Source: an uncultured Gemmatimonadota bacterium
Lineage (GTDB): Bacteria > GCA-2686955
Assembly: GCA_964490075.1 (NCBI GenBank)
Contig: CAZBBK010000018.1
Location: forward strand, 1-64,000
Length of the DNA stretch: 64,000 nucleotides
Direction: 5' to 3'
Positions 40,566-51,136 of this stretch are shown here, piece after piece. A model generated the notes under the pieces. That model did no database searches. It saw only the letters and a list, made by a program, of their open reading frames with translations, and had not been told where the DNA came from. Every line of letters begins with the position of its first letter. Position 1 is the stretch's first letter. A program made the position numbers and the translations under genes.

Positions 40566-41271
40566 CGCCGGCGGCGTCGCCCACGATACGCCCGTCGTGG
40601 AGGCGGACCAGGCGTCGCGCCCGGGCCATCACCCCCTGGTCGTGGCTGGCGCATACGAAGGTGGTGCCCTGCTCCTGGTTGAGCTGGGCCATCAGGTCGA
40701 GCAGGGAGTCGGACGCTTCGCTGTCGAGGTTGGCGGTCGGCTCGTCGGCCAGCACGATCTTCGGCTCCGGGGCGATGGCGCGCACCACCGCGACCCGCTG
40801 CTGCTGGCCGCCCGAGAGCTCGTGGGGCCGCCGGTCGGCCATGTCGCTCAGCCCGACCCGCTCCAGCAGCGCCAGCGCCCGCTCGCGGCGCCGGGCCCGC
40901 GGCACCCCCTGGAGCATCAGGGTGTACTCGGCGTTCTCGAGCGCGCTCAGCACCGGCAGCAGGTTGTAGGCCTGGAAGATGAAGCCGATGTGGCGCAGCC
41001 GGAAGAGCGCCGCCCGGGAGCGGCTCAAGGTGTCGGTGCGCACCCCCTCCAGCTCCACGGTGCCGGCGCTGGGGCGGTCGAGCGAGCCGATCAGGTTGAG
41101 CAAGGTCGACTTGCCGGAGCCCGAGGGCCCCGACAGCACCAGGTAGTCGCCCGCGTCGATGTCGAGATCGACGCCGCGCAAGGCGTGGATGTCGACCGCG
41201 CCCTGGCGGTAGGTGCGTCTCAGGCCGCGCGCGCGAATGATCGGCGCACCGCCCTTGGTGGAATCACTCAT
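40549..41271 (-). CDS. LolD/MacB-type ABC ATPase
   Basis: GPSGSGKS, GFIFQAYNL, LSGGQQQRVA, LADEPT. Confidence 0.95.
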   Translation of the reverse strand: MSDSTKGGAPIIRARGLRRTYRQGAVDIHALRGVDLDIDAGDYLVLSGPSGSGKSTLLNLIGSLDRPSAGTVELEGVRTDTLSRSRAALFRLRHIGFIFQAYNLLPVLSALENAEYTLMLQGVPRARRRERALALLERVGLSDMADRRPHELSGGQQQRVAVVRAIAPEPKIVLADEPTANLDSEASDSLLDLMAQLNQEQGTTFVCASHDQGVMARARRLVRLHDGRIVGDAAGGDRAS

Positions 41272-42502
41272 AGGTTCTCATCGCCTCCACCGGATCGACG
41301 CGGGTGGCGCGCCAGGCGGGGTAGATCGACGCCAGGACGACCACCGCGAACACCGCCCCCAGCGCCGCGATCCAGCGCTGGGCGACGATGTGGCTGCGCA
41401 GCACCGCGCTCTCCAGCATCACGCCCGACACCTCCAGCTCGGCCCCCGAGAGGGCCGCCAGGTCGATGCCGTGGGTCGCTAGCCAGCGGTGGCCGGCGTA
41501 GCCGATGGCCAGGCCGATCGCCGAGGCGATCGTTCCCAACATCAGCGTCTCGCTGAAGATCAACCGGGCGATGCGACCCGGCGTGAGACCCAAGGCCGCC
41601 AGCAGCCCGAGCTCGCGGATCCGCTCCAGCACCATCATCAGAAAGGTGTTGGCGATGCCGAAGCCGACCACCACGAAGAGCACGGCGCTGAACAGGTAGT
41701 TGAAGCGCGCGTCCATCTCGATGAAGCCGACCAGCTCCGGCATCGCCTCGCGCCAGCTCAACAGCTCGAGCGGCGCGCCGGCCAGGCCGAGGGCCGCCCG
41801 CAGCCCGGCGCGCGCCGCCTCCGGCTCCCGGTCCGACTCCAGCACGATGCCGATCTGGTGCAGCTCCTCTCCCAGGCCGAGAGCCCGCCGCGCGGCGTCG
41901 ATCGTGGTGTAGGCCGCGACGTCGTCGACCAGGTCGGAGCCGGTCTCGATCACTCCCCGCAGGCGGAAGAGCGCGCGGGTGAGCTCGCCCTGAGGATCGG
42001 AGGCGGTCACCACCACCCGATCGCCCAGCTCCAGCCCCAGGTCGTCGACGACGCCGCGCCCGAGGACGATCGGGCTGCGCGGCCCCGGCTCCAGGAAGGC
42101 GCCCTCGACCACGAAGCGCTCCAGGTCCTGCAGCGCCTGCTCGCGGCGCGGATCGGTGCCCACCAGCCGCACCCCGGCGTTGCCGCGCGGCGACGACACC
42201 AGGCCGGTCAGATGTACGCGCCCAATCGCCTCGGCCACGCCCGGCACCGCGCGCAACGACTCCAGCAGCTCCGCGGGCCGGCGCAGCAGCAGCGCCGAAT
42301 CCTGGCTCCCCCAGTAGCCATCGGCGTGCAGCAGCAGGTCGCCGCCGGCGGTCCGGGCCGCGCTCCGCATCATCTCGCGATACATCGCATCGCCCATCCC
42401 CAGCGACACGCACATCAGGGCCAACGAGCAGGCGATCGCCGACGCGGTGATCAGAGTGCGGGTTCGGTTGCGACGCAGATTGCGCCAACCCAACCACCAC
42501 AC
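41264..42502 (-). CDS. LolC/E (FtsX/MacB)-type ABC permease
   Basis: WRNL.RNR.RT, periplasmic domain, NTFLMMVLER.RE.G.L.ALG, YPAWRA. Confidence 0.9.
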   Translation of the reverse strand: MWWLGWRNLRRNRTRTLITASAIACSLALMCVSLGMGDAMYREMMRSAARTAGGDLLLHADGYWGSQDSALLLRRPAELLESLRAVPGVAEAIGRVHLTGLVSSPRGNAGVRLVGTDPRREQALQDLERFVVEGAFLEPGPRSPIVLGRGVVDDLGLELGDRVVVTASDPQGELTRALFRLRGVIETGSDLVDDVAAYTTIDAARRALGLGEELHQIGIVLESDREPEAARAGLRAALGLAGAPLELLSWREAMPELVGFIEMDARFNYLFSAVLFVVVGFGIANTFLMMVLERIRELGLLAALGLTPGRIARLIFSETLMLGTIASAIGLAIGYAGHRWLATHGIDLAALSGAELEVSGVMLESAVLRSHIVAQRWIAALGAVFAVVVLASIYPAWRATRVDPVEAMRTYE

Positions 42503-42505
42503 CGC

Positions 42506-43774
42506 TCAGCTCCTCCCCGCGATCGCGCGCACCGCGTCGAGCCGCGCCGACTGCCGCGCCGGCCAGAGGGCGCAGAGCAGCGCCACCGCGAAGAGCAGTA
42601 CCATCGGCGCCACCATCATGCCGGCGTCGAGATGGAAGTAGAGGCGCGGCGCGAACTCCACTCCCAGATAGCTGAAGCTGCCGTCACCGGTGCTGGCGAA
42701 GGCCCCCATGTCGAGCCCGTAACGGGCGTGGTACCAGGTGACCGCCGTGCCCAGGGCGAGCCCGGCCGCGGTGCCGATCGCCGCCAGGCAGAGCGTCTCC
42801 AGCACGATCAGGCCGGCCATCCGCCCCGGCGTGACGCCGATCGCCAACAGCACCCCGAGCTCGCGGCGGCGCTCGAAAGCGCTCATGCGCTGGGTGTTGA
42901 AGATCCCCAGCCCGGCCAGGAAGTAGAGCACGCCGTAGAGCACCCACATGGAGCGCCGCGAAAGCTCGATCATGTCGGCCAGGACGGGCACGATCTCGCT
43001 CCAGTGGCGCAGCACCAGCTGCTTCGATCCGCGCTCGGAGAGCACACGCCCGATCGCCGCCAGGGCGGGGCCGCCGCCACCCTCGTCGTCGAGGGCACAG
43101 GCGATCTCGTGGCAGCGGCCCTCGAGCGCCCCCAGCAGGCGCGCGTCGTCGATGTGCAGGTAGATCGCCGCCCGGTCGAGCATCGAGCTGCCGGTGCGAA
43201 CGATCCCCACCACCTCGAGCAGGTCGTTGCCGAGCGAGCCGTCGGCGGCCTGCAGGAAGACCACCAGCTCGGCCCCGATCTCGGCCTCCAGCTCGTCGGC
43301 CAGGATGCACCCCAGCACCACCTCGCGCGGCTCGCCCGGCGCCGCGGGCCGTTGCGCCAGCCAGCGCCCCTCGCCGGGCCGAAGCGCGCGCGCCACCCGA
43401 GTCACCCGCGCCTCGTGCTCCGGCTCCACCCCGGTCAAGCGCCCCACCCGCGAGCGGCGCTCGTTCCCCACCAGTCCGAAGAGCAGCACCCGCGGCGCGC
43501 AACCCTCCACGCCCGGCAGCTCACGCAGCTCGTCGAGCCCCGCGGCCCCCTCGTCGAAGGCGTGGAAGATGCTGCGCTCCTCGGTGTAGGCCCGGGCGTG
43601 GATCTGGGCGTCTCCCAGCTCGGCCGCGGTCACGCTGCCGGCCATCTCCGACAGATAGGCCGCGATCATCCCCTCCGACCAGATCAGCATGGCGCATGCC
43701 ACCGCGATCCCACCCAAGGTCAGGGCGCTGCGCCAGCGGTTGCGCGCCAGGTTGCGCAGCGCCAGCGTGAGCAC
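42506..43774 (-). CDS. LolC/E (FtsX/MacB)-type ABC permease
   Basis: LRNL.RNRWRS, NT..MS.FERRRE.GVL.AIG, WPARQ. Confidence 0.9.
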   Translation of the reverse strand: MLTLALRNLARNRWRSALTLGGIAVACAMLIWSEGMIAAYLSEMAGSVTAAELGDAQIHARAYTEERSIFHAFDEGAAGLDELRELPGVEGCAPRVLLFGLVGNERRSRVGRLTGVEPEHEARVTRVARALRPGEGRWLAQRPAAPGEPREVVLGCILADELEAEIGAELVVFLQAADGSLGNDLLEVVGIVRTGSSMLDRAAIYLHIDDARLLGALEGRCHEIACALDDEGGGGPALAAIGRVLSERGSKQLVLRHWSEIVPVLADMIELSRRSMWVLYGVLYFLAGLGIFNTQRMSAFERRRELGVLLAIGVTPGRMAGLIVLETLCLAAIGTAAGLALGTAVTWYHARYGLDMGAFASTGDGSFSYLGVEFAPRLYFHLDAGMMVAPMVLLFAVALLCALWPARQSARLDAVRAIAGRS

Positions 43775-44550
43775 TAGCGCCGCCGCGCGGCGCGCTTGAG
43801 ACCGCGCGGCGTGAACAGGCCCGGCTCGAGCGCCAGATCGAACTCCATCTTCTCGTAGATCACCCGCGTGATCTCTTCCGGCCGGTCGCTCGGCACCAGC
43901 TCGAGCAGCGCGGGAAGGCGCCGCCCGCCGAGCAGCCTGGGCTCACGGAAGTGCATCCGGCGCACCACCTCGTCGCCGTCGTAGTAGTCGACCCGGCGCG
44001 GCAGCCAGCTCTCGGCCTCGAGGAGCTGCACCACGCGGGTGTAGACCACCGGCGCGTCGGGGCGGGGGGTCATGGTGGCGCGCAGAAAACGTGTCTCACC
44101 CTCGCTGTGCCAGTCGAGCTCGGTGTGGTAGTCGTCGTCGTAGCTCGACTCGCGCATCAAATCGTCGTTGGTGAAATGGCTGCCCATCCAGTTGTCGGAG
44201 AGCAGCGCCGGGGGGATACGCATCAGCCGGTCGGCGCGCGGAGCGTAGTTCCACAGGCCCTCTTCGGTGCGCAGGGTGGCGGTGCCGGCCTCGCGCGCCG
44301 GGGAGCGGATCACCATCAGCGCCAGGTCTTCGCCGGAGCTCCACGACTCGATCTCCAGGGTGCGCGAGAAGTGCCGGGTCTGGACCTGCATGCGCAGGGT
44401 GCCGTGGCTGGAGCGCGAGCGGTAGAGGGTGTCGAGCTTGCGGGTGACCTCCCGGACCGAGGGCAGGGACGAGTCGGGAAGTTGGGACCGCGCGGGGGGA
44501 GCGTGGCCGTGAAGCAAGAGCGCGAGAAAGGCTCCCCCCCACAACCCCAT
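43774..44550 (-). CDS. LolA-like outer-membrane lipoprotein-sorting protein
   Basis: SPAREAGTATL, LWNYAP..DR..RI, WMGSHFTNDDL, FTPR.L. Start approximate. Confidence 0.8.
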   Translation of the reverse strand: MGLWGGAFLALLLHGHAPPARSQLPDSSLPSVREVTRKLDTLYRSRSSHGTLRMQVQTRHFSRTLEIESWSSGEDLALMVIRSPAREAGTATLRTEEGLWNYAPRADRLMRIPPALLSDNWMGSHFTNDDLMRESSYDDDYHTELDWHSEGETRFLRATMTPRPDAPVVYTRVVQLLEAESWLPRRVDYYDGDEVVRRMHFREPRLLGGRRLPALLELVPSDRPEEITRVIYEKMEFDLALEPGLFTPRGLKRAARRR

Positions 44551-44584
44551 TCCAATCTTGTTCTTCGAATTGTGGGCGGGGGAA

Positions 44585-45013
44585 TCAGTAGGTGACGATG
44601 CGAACCTTGAGCTCATGACAGAAGGTGTCGTCGGTGGCGCGCCGCAGGGTGACGGTGCTGGTGTCGAGCTGGTAGTAGTAGCAGCCGGTGTAGCCGCTGC
44701 TGAAGCCGTCGACGGCCCGTCCACCGTAGCCGATATGGTGCTGGCCGTGGGTGTCGGAACGGCTGTCGAAGAGCACGATGTAGCGCTCCAAGTCGCCGCC
44801 GACGGCGTGGGTGACGATCATCTCCTCGCCCTTTTCGAGGGCGATCCAACCGCTGTCGAAGGCGAGCGCGGGGCCGGCGGTGACGAGCGGACGGGATTCG
44901 AGAGCGGCGACGCGGGCTTCGAGGGCGGCGATCCGCTCGGCGGCGGGGCAGGCGTCGTGGTGGGCTGCGGGGGCGCAGGCGAGGGCGGCGCCGAGGGCGA
45001 TGGCTGGAAACAT
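44585..45013 (-). CDS. Small secreted hypothetical protein
   Basis: AGGAG RBS, signal-like N-terminus, short coiled coil (IAALEARVAALE), FDSGW beta domain. Confidence 0.6.
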   Translation of the reverse strand: MFPAIALGAALACAPAAHHDACPAAERIAALEARVAALESRPLVTAGPALAFDSGWIALEKGEEMIVTHAVGGDLERYIVLFDSRSDTHGQHHIGYGGRAVDGFSSGYTGCYYYQLDTSTVTLRRATDDTFCHELKVRIVTY

Positions 45014-45407
45014 GGGGCTCCTGGGTTCTCTCGGGGGGGATGGGGAACGTCCACTTTAGCCTACCGGGAGCGCTCCAGCGTCAACCAACGGCACCACCGC
45101 CTGTGTCGCCGCGTCCACGCTGCTGGACGGAGGGACCCGGCGGCGGGGCGGCTGCTGATTCGCTGATCAGCCTGTTCGGATTCTGCAATCGCGTGCGGCG
45201 CAGTTGGTTATGGAGGGGGTCGGGGGACCGCTGTGCGCTTGGCGGACAGGGCGCGGCGACGGCACCGCCCTTGCGCTTGGCAGGTCGGCGAGCGATCGGA
45301 TGCGGACCCCACCTCCAGGAGCCGGACGATGAACTTCACGCACCTGCACTTCGGGCGATTGATCGGCACGCTGCCGGCGAGCGTGACCTCGTGATGCGCT
45401 GCCGCTG

Positions 45408-46421
45408 CTACTGGAACATCTGCGCCAGCCGCCGCTCCAGCTCCGCGCCGTCGGCGATCGCGGGCGGCTCCTGGATCAGCGCACCCTGCACGCGGCGCGA
45501 GCGCGGCAGCAGCACGCCCTCGTCGACCAGCTCGGCGGCGAGCTGCAGCAGCGCGGGTGGCGGATGCTGGCGGGTCGAGGCGGAGACGGCGGAGGCGGCG
45601 CCGGCGGGACTGGGGGGACGCGGGCGGGCGCCCGACTTGTACTCCCAGAGCTCCTGGATCCTGAGCGCGGAGAGCTCGGCGTCGTTGCGCACGCCGCCGT
45701 CCCACCACTCGAGGTAGTGGGCGTTGGACCAGGGGAGGCGCAGGGAGAGCGGCAGGTAGAGGGTCCAACCGACGGTGTCTTCGAGGAAGATCGCGGTGTG
45801 CAGGAGCGCCACGCCCCGCTCGATCTGCTCGGCCCTGACCTCGCTCATGCCGAGGTCGGCGTAGATCTGCACCAGGTCGTCGAGGGGCACCCACCAAGAG
45901 GGGTGCTCGAGGTACCACCAGCGCTTCTCGACCTGGACGAAGATGTCGCAGGCGAGCTCGATGTCGGTGCGCCAGGCGCCCTCGATCGGCTGGTCCTCGG
46001 CGGTCGCGACGTTCAGGAAGGCGGTGTCGCCGAAGTGCCAGGCGTCGTCGGCTTCGCCGTGGCAGGTGAGGCCGGCGATGAAGGTGAAGAGCTTCTCGGC
46101 GTGCTCCGACCAGGGCTCGGGATAGTGGGCGATCAGGTGGTCCATGGCGGCGTACTGGAAGGGAGGCCAGTGGGCCTCTTCGCCATAGTCACCGGCGCCC
46201 GGCACGGCGTAGCCCCAGTCGGGGAAGTAGGAGGCGTGGCGGTAGATCTCGGGGTAGGCGCGGCGGATCAGGCGGTGCAGCTCGGGGTAGGCTTCGCGAT
46301 CGACCTGAGCGCGCGAGAGGTCGGCGATGTGGAAGTGGGTGCTGCCGCCGGCGGCGCGGGCCGGCGGGGGAGCGAGGAGCAGGGGGAGGAGCAGGGCGGC
46401 GAGGTGGGTGGGTCGAAGCAT
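45408..46421 (-). CDS. Zinc-dependent phospholipase C-family protein
   Basis: Signal peptide then GGSTH, FPDWGY, EEAHW and H..ADDAWH metal-ligand motifs. Confidence 0.75.
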   Translation of the reverse strand: MLRPTHLAALLLPLLLAPPPARAAGGSTHFHIADLSRAQVDREAYPELHRLIRRAYPEIYRHASYFPDWGYAVPGAGDYGEEAHWPPFQYAAMDHLIAHYPEPWSEHAEKLFTFIAGLTCHGEADDAWHFGDTAFLNVATAEDQPIEGAWRTDIELACDIFVQVEKRWWYLEHPSWWVPLDDLVQIYADLGMSEVRAEQIERGVALLHTAIFLEDTVGWTLYLPLSLRLPWSNAHYLEWWDGGVRNDAELSALRIQELWEYKSGARPRPPSPAGAASAVSASTRQHPPPALLQLAAELVDEGVLLPRSRRVQGALIQEPPAIADGAELERRLAQMFQ

Positions 46422-46747
46422 GGGCGAATCCTAACGCCGACTTGGGGGGCGGGACGGGCGGCTGCGCGGGACGCGACCACGGCAAACGATTACGGAACCG
46501 GCGAGGATTGCCTCGCGCCGATCTCTGGTCCATGTTAGAAGAGGAGTGGATGGGACCTTTTGCGGCCGGTCCTGGTGCCGGTCGAGGGGTCGGCGAGCGC
46601 TGCCCGCAGGGGGCGGTGTGCTCCCGCGCCCCGGAAAAACAAGGCACGGCCGGCTGATCAGCCCGGCCGATCCCGCACTCCCCCAGAGCTTCCCAACTCA
46701 ACCGATCAAGGACCGCGTTCGCGGCCACCCAACCTAAGGAGAACTGC

Positions 46748-47251
46748 ATGCTCCGTTGCATCCCCCGGCGGATTCTCGCCCTGGGGCTGACCGCTCCCAT
46801 TCTAGCGTGGGCGAGCACCGCAAGCGCCACCACCATCGTCCACCGGACCCTCGACGAATTGGTCCGCGAAGTCGACCGAATCGTGGTAGGCGAGATCGTC
46901 TCGGTCGAGCAGGACTGGGACGACGAGAACCTGATTGCCACCACCGCTACGCTGCGCGTCGAACGCCAGATCGCCGGGGACACCGAGGTCGACACCGTCG
47001 AGCTCCGGTCGCCGGGAGGCTCGATCGGCGATCACACCACGCAGGTTCCCGGTGCACCCGAGGTCGACCAGCTCGGGCGCCGCATGATCGTCTTCCTCTG
47101 GGACGACCGTCCCGACCACATGAGCAACGTCGCCTACTGGGGACTGGGACAGTACCTGGTGAGCGATGCCGACGTCGTGGAGCGGACCGGGCAGAGCACG
47201 GCCGAGTTCGTGCGCCACCTCGAGAACCGCGTCGCGCGAGCGGGCCGCTAG
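46748..47251 (+). CDS. Secreted hypothetical protein upstream of the matrixin gene
   Basis: AAGGAG RBS, signal ending ASA, TT....LDEL....D.IV.G..PGG....VPGAP motif. Confidence 0.75.
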   Translation: MLRCIPRRILALGLTAPILAWASTASATTIVHRTLDELVREVDRIVVGEIVSVEQDWDDENLIATTATLRVERQIAGDTEVDTVELRSPGGSIGDHTTQVPGAPEVDQLGRRMIVFLWDDRPDHMSNVAYWGLGQYLVSDADVVERTGQSTAEFVRHLENRVARAGR

Positions 47252-47268
47252 GCAAGGAGGACGATCCG

Positions 47269-47856
47269 ATGAAGAAGCTTGCAATCACCGCCGCCTGCCT
47301 GGCCTTCGCGATCGCCGGCTCGGCCCATTCCTGGGTCGCCTGGGGTCCGGTCTACGAGGACTACCAGCTCCCGGTCCCGATCTGGGGCGACGAGACCACC
47401 GATCTCGACGACTGCTCCGGCAACACGGAGTATCTCGGCACGGCGAAACGCGCCTATATCACCTGGAACCAGGTCACCGACACCAAGTTCTCCTGGACGA
47501 TCGGCGGCTGGGGCGGCCCCTACGGCGGCTTCGGCGACGGCTTCAACAACATCCGTTTCAAGGAGATCAACGACGCCGGCGTGCTCGGGCTGACGGTCTA
47601 CAACCTGTACAACGGCGACCGCGACGCGGACGTCAAGATCGACCTCTCGCAGAACTGGGAGTGTGGTCCCGGTTCGCCGTGGTGGAACGAGATGGACCTG
47701 GAGAGCGTAATCCTGCACGAGGCGGGTCACCAGCTCGGCCTCGGTCACTCCTCCAACAACCAGGCCGTGATGTGGTGGGCGATCAGCATGGGAGCGAACA
47801 AGCGCGACTTGCATTCAGACGACATCAACGGCATCCGGGGCCTCTATCCGAACTAG
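47269..47856 (+). CDS. Secreted matrixin (M10-like) zinc metalloprotease
   Basis: HEAGHQLGLGH zinc motif, AVM Met-turn, DDINGI..LY; AAGGAGG RBS. Confidence 0.9.
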   Translation: MKKLAITAACLAFAIAGSAHSWVAWGPVYEDYQLPVPIWGDETTDLDDCSGNTEYLGTAKRAYITWNQVTDTKFSWTIGGWGGPYGGFGDGFNNIRFKEINDAGVLGLTVYNLYNGDRDADVKIDLSQNWECGPGSPWWNEMDLESVILHEAGHQLGLGHSSNNQAVMWWAISMGANKRDLHSDDINGIRGLYPN

Positions 47857-47877
47857 ATAGCTCTCCGAGCACCCCAC

Positions 47878-47926
47878 GACCGGCAGCACGCGACGCGAAA
47901 GCGCGCGGCTGCCGGTCTTCTTTTTT
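47878..47926 (+). terminator. Rho-independent terminator
   Basis: GACCGGCAGC...GCTGCCGGTC stem followed by TTCTTTTTT. Confidence 0.75.
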
Positions 47927-48035
47927 CGTCGATCTCGTCGCGGCTCGGCCTCCCCGCCTGTGCTAGTATGCGGCCGGGCAAAAATAGCGGCCCATTCGTG
48001 ACGACCCCCTGGCTCCCCGCGAGCGAGGAGAATGC

Positions 48036-48344
48036 GTGAATCTGTCTGGAATCCTGGTCGTAGTAGCGCCTTCGAAAACGCGTGAGACCATCCAGCAGCT
48101 CGAGGCCCTGCCAGGCGTGGAGGTCCATCACAGCGACCCTCCCACCGGCCGCATCATCGTGGTCCAGGAAGCGCCGTCGATTCGAGACGAAGTCGCCGGC
48201 CTCGAGCGCATCAAGTCGCTTCCCAATATCGTGCTCGCCGAGATGGTCGAGCACCGCTTCGACGAAGACCGAGAGATCATCGAGTCGCTTCCTCCCTCTC
48301 TCGACGAAGGTCTTCCCGACATCCCTTCGTTCCTGAAGGACTGA
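48036..48344 (+). CDS. napD: NapD chaperone
   Basis: [22 protein letters not shown]; directly before napA. Confidence 0.9.
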   Translation: MNLSGILVVVAPSKTRETIQQLEALPGVEVHHSDPPTGRIIVVQEAPSIRDEVAGLERIKSLPNIVLAEMVEHRFDEDREIIESLPPSLDEGLPDIPSFLKD

Positions 48345-48387
48345 GCCGCCGGCCGCCCTCCGCCGTGGCACCGGCCCGGAGTATGAG

Positions 48388-51132
48388 ATGGATCAAACAC
48401 GCCGCGATTTCTTGAAGACCAGCCTGGCCGCCAGCTCGGCGATGGCGGTGGGCATGCCGATCAGCAGCGAGGCCCAGGCGCGCGCGGGCGCGGGCGAGCA
48501 GGGCTGGCAGTGGGACAAGAGTGTCTGCCGTTTCTGCGGAACGGGGTGCGGGATCCTGGTGGGGACCAAGGACGGTCGCGTGGTCGCCACCAAGGGCGAT
48601 CCGGACGCGCCGGTCAACCGCGGGCTGAACTGCATCAAGGGCTACTTCAACGGCAAGATCCAGTACGGCAAGGACCGCATCACGCAGCCCCTGCTGCGGA
48701 TGACGAAGGGCGAATTCGACAAGAAGGGGAAGTTCGAGCCGGTGAGCTGGGAGCGGGCCTACGACGAGATGGAGAAGCAGTTCCGCGGCGCCTACGGAGA
48801 GCTGGGTCCCACCGGCGTGGCGATCTTCGGCTCCGGGCAGTACACCATTCAGGAAGGCTACGTGTCCGCCAAGCTGATGAAGGCGGGCTTCCGCAGCAAC
48901 AACATCGACCCCAACGCGCGCCACTGCATGGCGTCGGCGGTGGTGGCCTTCATCCAGACCTTCGGCATCGACGAGCCGGCCGGCAACTACGACGACATCG
49001 AGCTCACCGACACGATCATCACCTGGGGTGCGAACATGGCCGAGATGCACCCGATCCTGTGGTCGCGGGCGACCGACAACCGGCTGTCGAACCCCGACCG
49101 GGTGAAGGTCGTCAACCTGTCGACGCAGCGCAATCAGTGTTCCAACCTCGCCGACCTGGAGATCATCTTCAAGCCCGGCACCGATCTGGCGCTCTGGAAC
49201 TACATCGCGCGCGAGATCGTCGAGCGCGACGCCGTCGACCACGATTTCGTCGCCAAGCACTGCGTGTTCGCCACCGGGCCCTACGACATCGGCTACGGCA
49301 TGCGCGCCACCGACAAGTTCGCCTTCCCGGCCGAGAAGGACGTGATGGCCAAGGAGCTGGAGATCACTCTCGACGAGCACGAGGCGATCGCCCAGCGCAA
49401 AGCGCCCGGCACCAAAGTGAAGCAGTCCAACACCGCCAAGCCGGTCGCGCACTGGATGATCAGCTTCGAGGAGTTCAAGCGCGGCGTGGCGCCTTACACC
49501 CTGGACTTCGTCGCCGAGCTATCCAAAGGCGATCCCGATGAATCGCTGACCGCCTACAAGAAGAAGCTGCGCCAGCTCGCCGACCTGTACATCGAGAAGG
49601 GTCGCAAGGTGGCGAGCTTCTGGACCATGGGCTTCAACCAGCACCACCGGGGCAGCTGGGTCAACGAGCAGGCCTACGCGATACACCTGCTGCTGGGCAA
49701 GCAGGCCAAGCCCGGCGACGGGGCCTTTTCGCTCACCGGTCAGCCCTCCGCTTGCGGGACCGCGCGCGAGGTCGGCACCTTCGCCCACCGGCTTCCGGCC
49801 GACATGGTGGTCGCCAATCCGAAGCACCGCGCCCGCTCCGAAGAGCTCTGGAAGCTGCCCGCCCAGACCCTCAACCCGAAAACCGGCAGCCACATCGTCA
49901 AGATCATGCGCGATCTCGAAGAGGGAAAGATCAAGTTCGCCTGGGTGCAGGTGAACAACCCCTTCCAGGCCACGGCCAACGCCAACCATTGGATCAAGGC
50001 CGCGCGCGAGATGGACAACTTCATCGTCTGCTCCGATCCCTACCCGACGATCTCGGGCAAGGTGGCCGACCTGATTCTGCCCTCGGCGATGATCTTCGAG
50101 AAATGGGGCGCCTACGGCAACGCCGAGCGCCGCACCCAAATGTGGCGCCAACAGGTGCCGCCTCCCGGCAAGGCGCGCAGCGACGTCTGGCAGGTGCTGG
50201 AGTTCGCCAAGCGTTTCACGTTGAAAGACGTCTGGGGCGAGCAGCCGATCCCGGGCCTGAAGGCCGATGGCTTCGCCGAGGGCGCACTGCCCGACGTGCT
50301 GGCCGCCGCCGAGGCGATGGGCTACTCCGCCGACGACACACTATACGACGTGCTCTTCGCCACCGCGGCCAACAAGAAGGTCGCCTGGCCCGATCCGGTC
50401 GCCCGCGGTCACGACAACTGCACGGTCCGAGATCTGGGCGAGAGCTGGTTCCCGGAAAAAGCGCTCTTCGAGGAGTACGCCGAGTTCGGGCGCGGCCACC
50501 AGCACGATCTGGCCGCCTTCGATGTCTACTACCGCGACGATGTGCGGGGACTGAAATGGCCGGTGGTCGACGGCAAGGAGACGGAGTGGCGCTTCAACGA
50601 GGAGTACGATCCCTACGTGACGGCGGGGCAGGGCTTCGAGTTCTACGGCCCGGCGCTCAAGGCGCTCGCCAGCGGTGACCTGGACGGGGTCACCGAGACC
50701 GAGACGCAGAGCCTGGCCGGCAAGGCGAAGATCTTCTTCCGCCCCTACTCCGCGCCGCCGGAGCAGCCCGACCAGACTTACGATCTGTGGCTGTCGACCG
50801 GGCGGGTGCTGGAACACTGGCACACCGGCACCATGACGCGTCGGGTGCCCGAGCTGCACCGTGCGGTGCCCTCGGCGCAGATTTTCATGCACCCCGCGGA
50901 CGCCAAGCGGCGCGGTCTGAAACGCAACGACATCGCGGTCGTGGAGTCGCGCCGCGGCAAGGTGAAGGTGGTGGTGGAGACCCAGGGACGCAACCGCCCG
51001 CCCCGGGGCTACACCTTCGTGCCCTTCTTCGACGAGTCGATCCTGATCAACAAAGTCACGGCCGACATCACCTGTCCGATGTCGAAGGAGACCGACTTCA
51101 AGAAGGCCGCGGTGAAAGTCTACAAGGCGTGA
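48388..51132 (+). CDS. napA: Periplasmic nitrate reductase catalytic subunit
   Basis: Tat signal [54 protein letters not shown]. Confidence 0.98.
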   Translation: MDQTRRDFLKTSLAASSAMAVGMPISSEAQARAGAGEQGWQWDKSVCRFCGTGCGILVGTKDGRVVATKGDPDAPVNRGLNCIKGYFNGKIQYGKDRITQPLLRMTKGEFDKKGKFEPVSWERAYDEMEKQFRGAYGELGPTGVAIFGSGQYTIQEGYVSAKLMKAGFRSNNIDPNARHCMASAVVAFIQTFGIDEPAGNYDDIELTDTIITWGANMAEMHPILWSRATDNRLSNPDRVKVVNLSTQRNQCSNLADLEIIFKPGTDLALWNYIAREIVERDAVDHDFVAKHCVFATGPYDIGYGMRATDKFAFPAEKDVMAKELEITLDEHEAIAQRKAPGTKVKQSNTAKPVAHWMISFEEFKRGVAPYTLDFVAELSKGDPDESLTAYKKKLRQLADLYIEKGRKVASFWTMGFNQHHRGSWVNEQAYAIHLLLGKQAKPGDGAFSLTGQPSACGTAREVGTFAHRLPADMVVANPKHRARSEELWKLPAQTLNPKTGSHIVKIMRDLEEGKIKFAWVQVNNPFQATANANHWIKAAREMDNFIVCSDPYPTISGKVADLILPSAMIFEKWGAYGNAERRTQMWRQQVPPPGKARSDVWQVLEFAKRFTLKDVWGEQPIPGLKADGFAEGALPDVLAAAEAMGYSADDTLYDVLFATAANKKVAWPDPVARGHDNCTVRDLGESWFPEKALFEEYAEFGRGHQHDLAAFDVYYRDDVRGLKWPVVDGKETEWRFNEEYDPYVTAGQGFEFYGPALKALASGDLDGVTETETQSLAGKAKIFFRPYSAPPEQPDQTYDLWLSTGRVLEHWHTGTMTRRVPELHRAVPSAQIFMHPADAKRRGLKRNDIAVVESRRGKVKVVVETQGRNRPPRGYTFVPFFDESILINKVTADITCPMSKETDFKKAAVKVYKA

Positions 51133-51136
51133 GGCA

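Noticed and set aside
45160-45400. Possible decayed transposase fragment (RPKCRCVKFIVRLLE on the minus strand)
   Set aside because: Too short and weak; no catalytic motifs or element ends.
47930-48035. FNR/NarP-type site upstream of nap
   Set aside because: No TTGAT-N4-ATCAA match seen; only a possible extended -10 (TGCTAGTAT).
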